A DNA stretch of 63,507 nucleotides, filler included, from Dehalococcoidia bacterium (GTDB taxonomy: Bacteria; Chloroflexota; Dehalococcoidia; DSTF01; JACRBR01), in the NCBI GenBank assembly GCA_041494685.1. It is 4 parts of 4 records of this genome, joined end to end, with 100 filler letters (N's around TTAATTAATTAA, not from the genome) between each part and the next. Parts side by side here need not be neighbours in the genome. Positions count along the whole stretch, not along the records: positions 1 to 18,892 come from JBGQBE010000059.1; 3 more parts are not named here. One strand, written 5' to 3'. A program made the translations under genes and the position numbers. Shown here piece by piece: positions 1 to 8,790 of this stretch. The notes beneath the pieces were generated by a model. That model saw only the letters and a list, made by a program, of their open reading frames with translations, did no database searches and was not told the DNA's origin. The stretch's first letter is position 1; every line of letters begins with the position of its first letter.

Positions 1-1
1 C

Positions 2-199
2 GAGCCGGGCCATCGCACCGCACTCGTGCACCTCGGCATGCGCCCGCTGCTCGAACTCGACATGCGTCTCGGCGAGGGCTCGGGCGCGGCGCTGGCGTTG
101 ACGCTGCTGAGGGCGGCGCTCCGCATCCCGCGCGAGATGGCGACGTTCGAGTCGGCCGGCGTCTCCCGCTCTGACGGCGAGACACAGCCCGAAGCCTGA
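2..199 (+). CDS. cobT: Nicotinate-nucleotide--dimethylbenzimidazole phosphoribosyltransferase, 3' end (partial)
   Basis: Hand translation from base 2 gives EPGH...[18 protein letters not shown]...[10 protein letters not shown], the CobT C-terminal motif. The TGA overlaps the cobS ATG. Confidence 0.9.
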   Translation, partial: EPGHRTALVHLGMRPLLELDMRLGEGSGAALALTLLRAALRIPREMATFESAGVSRSDGETQPEA

Positions 200-963
200 T
201 GGGGTTCGTCACGGCGCTAGAGTTTCTGACGCGGCTGCGCGTGCGCCGCACGCCGCTCGGCGACATGCGCGCCGTCGCGGACGCGCAGGCCTGGTTCCCG
301 CTGGTCGGCCTCGCGATCGGCGCGCTGCTCGTCGGCGTCGACTGGCTGGCGCGGCGCGCGCTGCCCGACACGTCGGCCGCCGTGCCCGTCGTCGTCGCGC
401 TCGTCGCGATCACTGGCGCGCTGCACCTGGACGGCCTCGCCGACGCCGCCGACGGCCTCCTGGGCGGCCGCGACCGTGACGACCGCCTGCGCATCATGCA
501 CGACGTCCACGCCGGCACCTACGCCATCGTCGCGATCGTCTGCGTGCTGGCGATGAAGTGGGCGGGCGTCGCCGCCCTGCCGCGTGGCACGCGCTACGAG
601 GCGCTGCTCCTGGCGCCGTGTCTTGCGCGCTTCGCGATGCTGCTGACGTCCGCCGCCGTGCCGTACGCGCGGGCCGAGGGCGCCGGCGCGGAGTTCCACT
701 CCCGCGCGTGGCCCGTCGCAACGATCGCGGGCACGGCCACGGCGCTCACGGCCGCGATCGCGCTGCTGGGCGTGGGCGGCGTCGCCGCCGTCGCGTTCGC
801 GGCGGCGTGCGCGCTGGCGGCGGGCGCCATCGCGCGCCGCTTCGCCGGCGGCATGACCGGCGACCTCTTCGGCGCGACGATCGAGGTGAGCGAGGCGCTG
901 CTGCTCCTCGCCATCGCCGCGATGGCGCAGCGCGGCTGGTTGCACGCCTGGCTGCTGGCGTGA
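199..963 (+). CDS. cobS: Adenosylcobinamide-GDP ribazoletransferase (cobalamin synthase)
   Basis: TGALHLDGLADAADG and GGMTGDLFGA motifs; hydrophobic protein. Confidence 0.95.
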   Translation: MGFVTALEFLTRLRVRRTPLGDMRAVADAQAWFPLVGLAIGALLVGVDWLARRALPDTSAAVPVVVALVAITGALHLDGLADAADGLLGGRDRDDRLRIMHDVHAGTYAIVAIVCVLAMKWAGVAALPRGTRYEALLLAPCLARFAMLLTSAAVPYARAEGAGAEFHSRAWPVATIAGTATALTAAIALLGVGGVAAVAFAAACALAAGAIARRFAGGMTGDLFGATIEVSEALLLLAIAAMAQRGWLHAWLLA

Positions 964-988
964 TCCCGCAGCGGGTACCCTGTCGCCG

Positions 989-1588
989 ATGCTGACGCTC
1001 ATTCTCGGCGGCGCGCGCAGCGGCAAGAGCGATCTCGCGGAGCGCTTGGCCGCGGCATCCGGCCGCGACGTGCTCTTCGTCGCCACGATGGAGCCGGGCG
1101 ACGCCGAGATGCGCGCGCGCATCGACGCGCACCGCGCCGCACGCCCCGCTGGCTGGCGCACCGTCGAGGAGCCGCTGGACGTGCTCGCCGCGCTGCGCGA
1201 ACACGCCCGCCCGGGCGGCTTCGTGCTGCTCGACTGCCTGACGGTCTGGGTCTCGAACATGCTGATCGCGTGCGTCGGCGACGCCGAGGCCGCGTCCTCG
1301 GCCGACGTGCGCGCCGCCGTCGATGCGGTGGCGGACCAGGCGCAGCAGTTCGCCGCGTGGGCACGCGCCTACGACGGCGCGGCAATGGCCGTGTCGAACG
1401 AAGCCGGTATGGGGCTGGTGCCGCCCTACCCGCTCGGCCGCGCCTTCCGCGACGCGTTAGGCGCGGCCAACCGCATCGTCGCGCGCGAGGCGGACCGCGT
1501 GCATTATGTCGTCGCGGGGCTGGCGCTCGAGCTCAAGTCGCTCGGCGCGCAGCCGATCGAGTCGCTGCTGCCGGAGCCCGAGCGATGA
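989..1588 (+). CDS. cobU: Adenosylcobinamide kinase / cobinamide-phosphate guanylyltransferase
   Basis: GGARSGKS P-loop, LDCLTVW, VSNEAGMG and FRDALG motifs. Confidence 0.95.
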   Translation: MLTLILGGARSGKSDLAERLAAASGRDVLFVATMEPGDAEMRARIDAHRAARPAGWRTVEEPLDVLAALREHARPGGFVLLDCLTVWVSNMLIACVGDAEAASSADVRAAVDAVADQAQQFAAWARAYDGAAMAVSNEAGMGLVPPYPLGRAFRDALGAANRIVAREADRVHYVVAGLALELKSLGAQPIESLLPEPER

Positions 1589-2331
1589 TCCCGATCGCGG
1601 ACAGCACGCGCTCACGGACGTTCCCTTGGGTGAACGTGACGCTCATCGCGTTGAACTTCGCGGTCTTCTTCTACGAGATCGCGATCAGCAAGCAGTCGAT
1701 CCTCGGCCACGTCACGCAGCTCGACGTCTTCATCTACCACTGGGGCAACATCTCCGCCTGCACGGTCGACGCCTGGGGGCAGCACGTGGCGCAGGCGAGC
1801 AGCGCCGATTGCGTCGCACAGCCGCACCCGGCATGGACGCCGCTGACGGCGATGTTCATCCACGGCGGCTGGCTGCATATCCTGGGGAACATGCTGTTCC
1901 TCTGGATCTTCGGGGACAACGTCGAGGACGCGATGGGGCACGCGCTCTACGCGGTCTTCTACCTGCTGGTGGGCCTCGCCGGCGCCTGCACGCAGATGTT
2001 CGTCAACGTGCACGACCTGACGCCGGCGATCGGCGCGAGCGGCGCCATCGCGGGCGTGATGGCGGCGTACCTGGTGCTCTTCCCGCGCGCGACGGTCGTC
2101 GTGATCATCCCCGTGCTGTTCTTCCTCCCGTTCCCGGTACCGGCGTTCCTGCTGATCGGCATCTGGTACATCGCCCAGTTGATGAGCGGTTTCGCGACGC
2201 TGGGCGTCGGGACGAGTGTCGGCTACTTCGCGCATATTGGCGGCTTCTTCGCGGGGGCGCTGGCGGTCAACTTCTTCGCGGTGCATCGTGGCCGGGCGCG
2301 CGCCCGCCCGGTGCGGGGGCTGCGCAGGTGA
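1585..2331 (+). CDS. Rhomboid family intramembrane serine protease
   Basis: HGGWLHILGNM, GASGAIAG (catalytic Ser), AHIGGF (catalytic His); ATGA overlap with cobU. Confidence 0.92.
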   Translation: MIPIADSTRSRTFPWVNVTLIALNFAVFFYEIAISKQSILGHVTQLDVFIYHWGNISACTVDAWGQHVAQASSADCVAQPHPAWTPLTAMFIHGGWLHILGNMLFLWIFGDNVEDAMGHALYAVFYLLVGLAGACTQMFVNVHDLTPAIGASGAIAGVMAAYLVLFPRATVVVIIPVLFFLPFPVPAFLLIGIWYIAQLMSGFATLGVGTSVGYFAHIGGFFAGALAVNFFAVHRGRARARPVRGLRR

Positions 2332-2370
2332 AGCAGGCGGCGCACCTTCGCACAGTCATAACACCGTAAC

Positions 2371-2401
2371 CTTGACGTACACGTAAAGTCACAGCTAGGA
2401 T
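2371..2401 (+). promoter_or_regulatory. Promoter (-35 TTGACG, -10 TAGGAT) overlapped by an 18-bp palindromic MerR/LiuR-like operator
   Basis: CTTGACGT-AC-ACGTAAAG at 2371-2388; -10 at 2396-2401, 7 nt before the ATG. Confidence 0.7.
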
Positions 2402-2408
2402 CAACCTG

Positions 2409-2912
2409 ATGACCCAGAAGCGCAGCACCGCAGCACCTACCATCGAACCGCCATCCGACGACCAGGCGTACCTGCAGATCGGCGAAGTCGCCGAGCGCAC
2501 GGGCGTCACGCAGCGCACGCTCCGCTTCTACGAAGAGAAGGGGCTGCTCAAGCCGCCATCCCGCCTCGAGGGCGGCTTCCGCCTCTACTCCGAGGACGAC
2601 GTCCGCCGGGTCGAGCAGATCAAGCAGCTCCAGACGCTGCTCGGCTTCACGCTCGCCGACATCAAGGAGATGGTCGAGGCGGAGGAGATCAAGAGCCAGA
2701 TCCGCGCCGAGTACCGCCGCGACGCCGAGATCTCCGAGCGGCGCGCGAAGATCGCGAAGGCCACCGAGGTAACGGAGCGGCAGGTCGCGGTGATCGACCA
2801 CAAGCTGCGGGCGCTGGGCGAGATGAAGGCCGACCTGGAGCGGAAGCTGGCGCAGTACCGCACCTGGACCCAGATGCTCGACGAGCTGGAAGCGGCGCAG
2901 AAGAGCGGCTAA
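2409..2912 (+). CDS. MerR family transcriptional regulator
   Basis: IGEVAERTGVTQRTLRFYEEKGLL HTH followed by a coiled coil. Confidence 0.93.
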   Translation: MTQKRSTAAPTIEPPSDDQAYLQIGEVAERTGVTQRTLRFYEEKGLLKPPSRLEGGFRLYSEDDVRRVEQIKQLQTLLGFTLADIKEMVEAEEIKSQIRAEYRRDAEISERRAKIAKATEVTERQVAVIDHKLRALGEMKADLERKLAQYRTWTQMLDELEAAQKSG

Positions 2913-2983
2913 GCCCAAACAGCCAGCCCACACCAGACGATACCGAAAGCGGCCTCGGTGGCCGCCTTTCCACGCCCGGAACG

Positions 2984-3331
2984 CTACGCGATCGGCGCGC
3001 GGCCGTTGCCCGCCGTCTCTTCGTCCTCGGCGCCTTCGTCTTCGTCCTCGTCCTCTTCGCTGAAGACGCCGGCCTGCGTGCCGCGCCACACCGTCACCAC
3101 GAAGTCGTCGCGGTACGGGTCCGTCGTCAGCACCAGGCGTTCGTCGATCTCGCCGATAAGGTCCTGGATCTCGTCTTCGTCGAAGTCCGGCGGCACACAG
3201 AGCGTCGCGAACGCCATGCCGGACGCGGTGAAGTGGAGATCGACGCGTCCGGCGGCGTCGCCGTCGCTGTCGATCACATACGACTCCGAGTACGGCGTGC
3301 GCGCCTCTCGTTCGAACTGGTACTCCGCCAT
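2984..3331 (-). CDS. Hypothetical acidic protein (115 aa)
   Basis: Start MAEYQFERE after an AAAGGA RBS; host-like codon usage; acidic tail. Confidence 0.75.
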   Translation of the reverse strand: MAEYQFEREARTPYSESYVIDSDGDAAGRVDLHFTASGMAFATLCVPPDFDEDEIQDLIGEIDERLVLTTDPYRDDFVVTVWRGTQAGVFSEEDEDEDEGAEDEETAGNGRAPIA

Positions 3332-3420
3332 GGTCCACGTCCTTTCGCGCGGCCTCGCGCCGCTGCCGCCAGCAGCATACGCCATGCGGCGCCAACGGCG
3401 TCGCGGCGCTACGCTGTGGC

Positions 3421-5022
3421 GTGCAGCAATTCAGCTTCGACTTCCGCGATCCCGTGGTTGAGATCGAGGGCTGGCGGCTCTCGCTGCAGGTGATCACGTT
3501 CGAGAACACCTACGGCATCGCGCCGCCGTCCGTCGAGCGCACCACCGACGGCGCGACCGCGACCGCCGCCCACCTGACGTGGGCCGGCACCCAGCGCACC
3601 GCCGAGGGTACGGCGTCGATCCACGTCGCGCGTACCAACGACGGCATCGAGGCCACGGTCTGCGCGACCGCGCCGGCACGGATCCGCTGCACGAAGTTGA
3701 TCGTCCGCGGGCTGCCCGCCGGCGAGCTGCTGGGGCACCGCTGGACGCGCGGCGCCGTCACGCGCGGCGGCACGACGGTCTACTACCCCGGCACGACGCA
3801 CACGCCGCTGGTCTTCCTGGCGCTGCCGGACGGCGAGCACCTGTACTTCGAGTCGCTGGACGACCGCGTGCGCGCCAAGCGATTCGCGGTCATGCAGCGC
3901 GACGACGGCGTGGCGGTCGAGCTGATCCACGAGGAAGCGGCATACGAAATGGCTTCGAGCATCGCCGTACCGGCATGGCGCATCGGCCGCACGCGCGACC
4001 CCACCGCCGTCGTCCGGCACCACGACGCGCGCGTCGCGGCCGCGTTCGGCATCGAACCGTGGGAGACGCGCGCCGACGTGCCGGCCTGGGCGCGCGGCGT
4101 CTCGCTGGTCGTGGCGCTGCACGGCATGCACTGGAGCGGCTACGCCTTCAACACGTACGACGACATGGCCGAGGCGCTGCGCTTCCTCGCCGCCCGCATG
4201 GACGGGCGCCGCGTGCTGGCGTTCCTGCCTGGCTGGGAGGGCCGCTACTACTGGCAGTATGGCGACTACCGCCCGGAGCCGATGCTCGGCGGCGCGGAGG
4301 GCTTCGCGCGCCTCGCGGCGGTGGCTCGCGGCCTGGGTGTGCACCTGATGCCGATGTTCGGCGTCAACTGCGCCAACACCGGCCTGCCCGGCTACGACAC
4401 GTGGGGCCGCCCCGCCGAGATGCGCTCGCCGTCAGGTCTCGCCTTCCAGGGCAACCGCCCAGACTGGGACGTCAGCCGCGGCCGCGACCCCGGATGGCAG
4501 GCGTGGCTCCACCCCGGCGCGCCGTCGTGGCGCGCGCGGCTGGTCGAGCAGGTGAGCGCGCTCGTCGCGGCGCACGAGATTCCGGCGGTGTTCTTCGACA
4601 CAACGCACGTCTGGCAGAACGACCCACAATACGACGTGTACGCGGGGCTGGTGGCGCTGCGCGACGAGCTGAAGGCGCGCTTCCCGGCCCTGCTGATCGC
4701 CGGCGAGGGCTGGTACGACGCGCTTGGCGCCGTGACGCCGATGACGCACCAGTTCGAGGGGCTGCCGGCGCAATGGCCGGAGGCGTACGCGCGCTCGAAC
4801 CGCTACTGGCTGCACCTGAGCGCCGGCGACCCGTCGCGCAACAGCAGCGGCGTCCACGAGGCCGGCGAGGTGCCGTTCCGCCTCGCCCCGGACGAGCCGC
4901 ACGTCATCCCGACGCTCACGGTCGTCGACGGCACGATCGCCCGCGCGCCCGAAGCGGTAGAACGCATCATCGCGCAGGCTCGCGCCTACGCCGCGCGCTG
5001 GCTGGACAGGAAGACGGGGTAG
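3421..5022 (+). CDS. Hypothetical protein, possible glycoside-hydrolase-like TIM barrel
   Basis: Trp/Tyr-rich 533-aa ORF with AVFFDTTH and LIAGEG segments resembling GH catalytic strands; family not identified. Confidence 0.6.
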   Translation: MQQFSFDFRDPVVEIEGWRLSLQVITFENTYGIAPPSVERTTDGATATAAHLTWAGTQRTAEGTASIHVARTNDGIEATVCATAPARIRCTKLIVRGLPAGELLGHRWTRGAVTRGGTTVYYPGTTHTPLVFLALPDGEHLYFESLDDRVRAKRFAVMQRDDGVAVELIHEEAAYEMASSIAVPAWRIGRTRDPTAVVRHHDARVAAAFGIEPWETRADVPAWARGVSLVVALHGMHWSGYAFNTYDDMAEALRFLAARMDGRRVLAFLPGWEGRYYWQYGDYRPEPMLGGAEGFARLAAVARGLGVHLMPMFGVNCANTGLPGYDTWGRPAEMRSPSGLAFQGNRPDWDVSRGRDPGWQAWLHPGAPSWRARLVEQVSALVAAHEIPAVFFDTTHVWQNDPQYDVYAGLVALRDELKARFPALLIAGEGWYDALGAVTPMTHQFEGLPAQWPEAYARSNRYWLHLSAGDPSRNSSGVHEAGEVPFRLAPDEPHVIPTLTVVDGTIARAPEAVERIIAQARAYAARWLDRKTG

Positions 5023-5077
5023 CTGTCTCGTAGCAGAGCGCGACCCTACAATGGCGGCATTCCTGAGGAGCACGCAC

Positions 5078-5893
5078 ATGGTCCTTGAACGGCTGAAGCT
5101 GGACGGCAAGGTCGCCGTCGTCACGGGCGCGGGGCGCGGCCTCGGACGCCAAATGGCGCTCGCGCTGGCGCAGGCCGGCGCCGACGTCGTCTGCGCCGCG
5201 CGTACCGCCGAGCAGATCGACCGCACGGCTGCCGATATCGCCGCACTGGGACGCCGAGCCGTCGCGCAGCCGACGGACGTACGGGACTCGGCGCAGTGCG
5301 ACGCGCTGATCAAGCGCGCCGTCGACCAGTTCGGCGGCATCGACATCATGCTCTCGAACGCGGGCATCGGCGACATGCGCGGTGCGAACGCTGAGCTCTG
5401 GGACGTGGACGACGACGACTGGCACGACACGCTCGACGTCAACCTCTCGAGCGCGTTCTACTGCGCGCGCGCCGCGTCGAAGCAGATGGCCGCGCAAGGC
5501 CGCGGCGGCACGATCATCAACCTGGCGTCCGGCACCGCCATGCGCGCTTACCCGATGAGCTTCGGCTACGGCGCGGCGAAAGCCGGCGTCATCGCGCTGA
5601 CGAAGTCGCTGAGCGCGATGCTGATCAAGCACCGGGTCCGCGTCAACTGCATCATCCCCGGCTTCGTCATGCAGGCGCCCGCGCAGAACGAGCAGGCCGC
5701 CATCTTCTCGCAGACGCGCGGCCGCTACCTGCCGGCGCAGCGCCTCGGCGAGGCGTGGGAGCTGGGGCCGCTGGCGATCTTCCTGGCATCCGACGCATCG
5801 AGCTACGTCACCGGCCAGGGGTTCGTCATCGACGGCGGGGGACTCGCCGGCGGCCTTGCGCCGATGGGCTTCGCACCCGAGGTGGCGCTATGA
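5078..5893 (+). CDS. Classical SDR oxidoreductase
   Basis: TGAGRGLG, NAG and YGAAK motifs; GAGGAG RBS before ATG 5078. Confidence 0.93.
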   Translation: MVLERLKLDGKVAVVTGAGRGLGRQMALALAQAGADVVCAARTAEQIDRTAADIAALGRRAVAQPTDVRDSAQCDALIKRAVDQFGGIDIMLSNAGIGDMRGANAELWDVDDDDWHDTLDVNLSSAFYCARAASKQMAAQGRGGTIINLASGTAMRAYPMSFGYGAAKAGVIALTKSLSAMLIKHRVRVNCIIPGFVMQAPAQNEQAAIFSQTRGRYLPAQRLGEAWELGPLAIFLASDASSYVTGQGFVIDGGGLAGGLAPMGFAPEVAL

Positions 5894-6696
5894 AGAACGA
5901 ATGGGGCGACGTACGGCTGGGCACCGATGCCTGGGATCTCGGCGGCAAGCGCGCGCTGGTGATCGGCGCGGGCGCGCCCGCGGGCCGCGCGATCGCGTTG
6001 GCGCTGGGCGAGGCGGGCGCGGACGTCACCGTATCGTCCGCGACGACCGACGGCGAGGACATGATGCGCGTCAAGCGCGTGCAGCGGGAGATCACGAAGA
6101 TGGGCCGCCAGTCGGCCGCCGTCGGCACGGACGTGACGCTCGGCACGGGCGTGCAGGTGATGGTGCGGCAGGTCGCCAAGGAGATGGGCGGCATCGACGT
6201 GCTGGTGAACGCGCCGGATCTCTTCCTGGGCAAGCCCGCCGCCGACACGAGCGACATCGACTTCAACCGCGTCATGCAGGTGAACCTGGCGGGCACCTTC
6301 CACGCCTGCCGCGCCGCCGGCAAGGAGATGCTGAAGCAGGAGACCGGCGGCCGCATCATCAACATCGCCTCGGTGCTGGGCGAGCGGGCGATCGCCAACG
6401 CCGCCGCCTACTGCGCGGCGCAGGCCGGCATCCTGAACCTCACCCGCGCGCTGGCGACGGAGTGGGGGCCGCGGAAGATCACCGTCAACGCGATCGCCGC
6501 CGGCTGGATGGAGTACACCGCCGCCATCGGCAACCCCGACCCGGCCGCGAACCAGACCGTCCGCTTCGTGCCGATGAAGCGCGCCGGCGCTGCGGACGAG
6601 CTGGGCCCGCTGGCGGTGTACCTGGCGTCGGACTCGTGCGGCTACATCAGCGGGCAAGTGATGTTCGTGGACGGCGGCCTGACGACGCACCTCTGA
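5890..6696 (+). CDS. SDR-fold protein with degenerate catalytic motifs
   Basis: SDR fold, but IGAGAPAG, NAPD and YCAAQ replace TGxxxGxG, NAG and YxxxK; ATGA overlap with the preceding SDR. Confidence 0.88.
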   Translation: MKNEWGDVRLGTDAWDLGGKRALVIGAGAPAGRAIALALGEAGADVTVSSATTDGEDMMRVKRVQREITKMGRQSAAVGTDVTLGTGVQVMVRQVAKEMGGIDVLVNAPDLFLGKPAADTSDIDFNRVMQVNLAGTFHACRAAGKEMLKQETGGRIINIASVLGERAIANAAAYCAAQAGILNLTRALATEWGPRKITVNAIAAGWMEYTAAIGNPDPAANQTVRFVPMKRAGAADELGPLAVYLASDSCGYISGQVMFVDGGLTTHL

Positions 6697-6731
6697 TCCG
6701 GCCCAGCCCTGCCCATGCGGCATACTGCGGC

Positions 6732-7583
6732 ATGCCCACCGTCAGCGTCCGCGGCATCGATCTCTACTACGAGGAGTACGGCGAGGGGCCCCACCTGGTC
6801 ATCGCCCACGGCCTCATGGGCAGCGTCGCCCTGCTCGAGAGCTTTGGCGAACGCCCGCAAGACATCGCGGCGCGCGGCCTGCACGTCGTGGCCTACGACG
6901 CACGCGGCCACGGCCGCTCCGGCTACAGCACACGCCGCGCCGACTATCGTTTCGAAGCCCAGGCGGAGGACCTCCGCGGCCTGCTCGACGCGCTGGGCAT
7001 CGACCGCGCGAGCCTGTACGGCGGCTCGATGGGCGCGGGCACGGCGCTGATGCTCGCGCTGGCGCACCCGGCGCGCGTCGAGCGGCTCATCCTGCAGTCG
7101 CCGCCGCCGTTTCCCGGGGACAACAGGCCAGCCCAGCGCATGTTCGGCGGCCTCGCGACGCTCTATCAATTGTTCGGGCCCAGGCTCACCGCGCGCATGG
7201 TCACGGGGCTGCCCGCGGTGCGGCGCTCGCAGCAGCAGGCGCCGGGGCTGGACCTGCGCGCGTTCTTCGCGGGTCAGCGCCGCGCGGCGATCGTGCCGGC
7301 GATCCGCGGCCTGCTGCTCGGCGAGCCGCAGGTGCCGGTCGGGCGGCTGGGTGAGGTCGAGCACCCCACGCTGGTGCTGACGCACCCGGACGACGAGATC
7401 CACCCGCTGCGCTCCGGCGAGATCCTGCACGAGCATATGCCGCACGCGAAGCTGGCGGTCGCGCCCACGCCCGCCTACTGGCAGGAGAACCCCGACGCGC
7501 TGACCCACGTCATCTCATCGTTCGTCAAAGGCGAGCCGGTGGCGCAGGGGCTGCCCGGGAAGCCGCCGCACCAGCACGCCTGA
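6732..7583 (+). CDS. Alpha/beta hydrolase
   Basis: HG oxyanion motif, DARGHGRS, GGSMGA nucleophile elbow. Confidence 0.9.
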   Translation: MPTVSVRGIDLYYEEYGEGPHLVIAHGLMGSVALLESFGERPQDIAARGLHVVAYDARGHGRSGYSTRRADYRFEAQAEDLRGLLDALGIDRASLYGGSMGAGTALMLALAHPARVERLILQSPPPFPGDNRPAQRMFGGLATLYQLFGPRLTARMVTGLPAVRRSQQQAPGLDLRAFFAGQRRAAIVPAIRGLLLGEPQVPVGRLGEVEHPTLVLTHPDDEIHPLRSGEILHEHMPHAKLAVAPTPAYWQENPDALTHVISSFVKGEPVAQGLPGKPPHQHA

Positions 7584-7695
7584 GCCGCCGGCGCTATGCA
7601 GATGGCGTATGGTCGATCTGCGGTCCGATCGCGTATAGATGGTGACGGGTGGCGCCGGACACACGGTGGCGCGAGCGAGTACAGGGAGGTCTGCG

Positions 7696-8595
7696 ATGAT
7701 CCTGGTCACCGGCGGCACGGGCTTCGTGGGGTCAGCGATCGTCAGGGAACTGCTGCGCCGCGGCGAGCAGGTCGCGGTGCTGGGCCGCGACGGCGCGAAG
7801 GTCCAGCAGCGCCTCGGCGCCGGCGTGCAGGCCCGCGCCGGCGACGTGCGGCAGCCGGAGACGCTGGCAGCGGCCATGATGGGCGTCGATGTCGTGGTGA
7901 ACGCCGTGCAGTTCCCCGGCTCGCCTGTCGAGAACCGCCGCAAGGGGCTGACGTTCGAGGAGATCGACCTCAAGGGCACGCGTAACCAGGTGGACGCGGC
8001 GAAGAAGGCAGGCGTGCGGCGCTTCGTCTACGTGAGCGGCGTCGGCGCCTCGCGCGACTCGGAGAAGCACTGGTTCCGCTACAAGTGGGAGGCCGAGAAG
8101 TACCTGCAAGACAGCGGCCTGGAGTGGGTGATCGTCCGCCCGACCTGGGTCTACGGCCCGGAAGACGTGTCGCTCAACCGCTTCCTCGGCTTTGCGAAGC
8201 TGCTGCCCTTCATCCCGATGTTCGGCGACGGCAAGCAGGCGATGCAGCCCGTGTTCATCGACGACGTCGGCCGCGTCGCCGCGGACGCTGCGCTGCGCCC
8301 CGAAGCGGCGAACAGGCTCTTCGAGCTCGGCGGCCCCGAAGTGATGACGATGAACGACGTGGTCAAGGTCGCGCTGGAGGTGGCCGGCAAGAAGCGGCCG
8401 CTGCTGCACCAGCCCGCACTCGTTGGCAAGACGATCGGCTCGGTGATGTCGGTGCTGCCGAAGCCGCCGCTCAGCGCCGACGCGATCGACTTCATCACGG
8501 AGCCGGCGGTCGCGGACAACAGCACGCTGGCGCAGGTGCTGCGCCCGAAGCTCACGCCGCTCCGCGACGGCCTCGCCACCTACCTCAAGCGCTAA
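7696..8595 (+). CDS. Atypical SDR, NDUFA9-like NAD(P)-binding protein
   Basis: TGGTGFVG, RPTWVYG and QPVFIDDV motifs; GGGAGG RBS. Confidence 0.88.
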   Translation: MILVTGGTGFVGSAIVRELLRRGEQVAVLGRDGAKVQQRLGAGVQARAGDVRQPETLAAAMMGVDVVVNAVQFPGSPVENRRKGLTFEEIDLKGTRNQVDAAKKAGVRRFVYVSGVGASRDSEKHWFRYKWEAEKYLQDSGLEWVIVRPTWVYGPEDVSLNRFLGFAKLLPFIPMFGDGKQAMQPVFIDDVGRVAADAALRPEAANRLFELGGPEVMTMNDVVKVALEVAGKKRPLLHQPALVGKTIGSVMSVLPKPPLSADAIDFITEPAVADNSTLAQVLRPKLTPLRDGLATYLKR

Positions 8596-8703
8596 CAGGG
8601 TGCGACCTCTCCTCTCGGTGGCGCGGGCTGTTAGCCCATATGCCCGGCTGCGAGCCTCGACAATAGTGCATCCGTACCATCGACATCCCCTCCGTCCGGT
8701 CGC

Positions 8704-8773
8704 TACAATCTCAATGGTAAAGTTTCCGTAACTTGTCTCCGGCCGGTCGGCGGACGTACAGTTCAAGAAACTT
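8704..8773 (+). promoter_or_regulatory. -10 TACAAT followed by two AGTT-N5-AACT palindromes (putative operators)
   Basis: TACAAT 8704-8709; AAGTTtccgtAACTT 8720-8734; CAGTTcaagaAACTT 8759-8773. Confidence 0.6.
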
Positions 8774-8790
8774 AACTGGGCGAGGTACAG

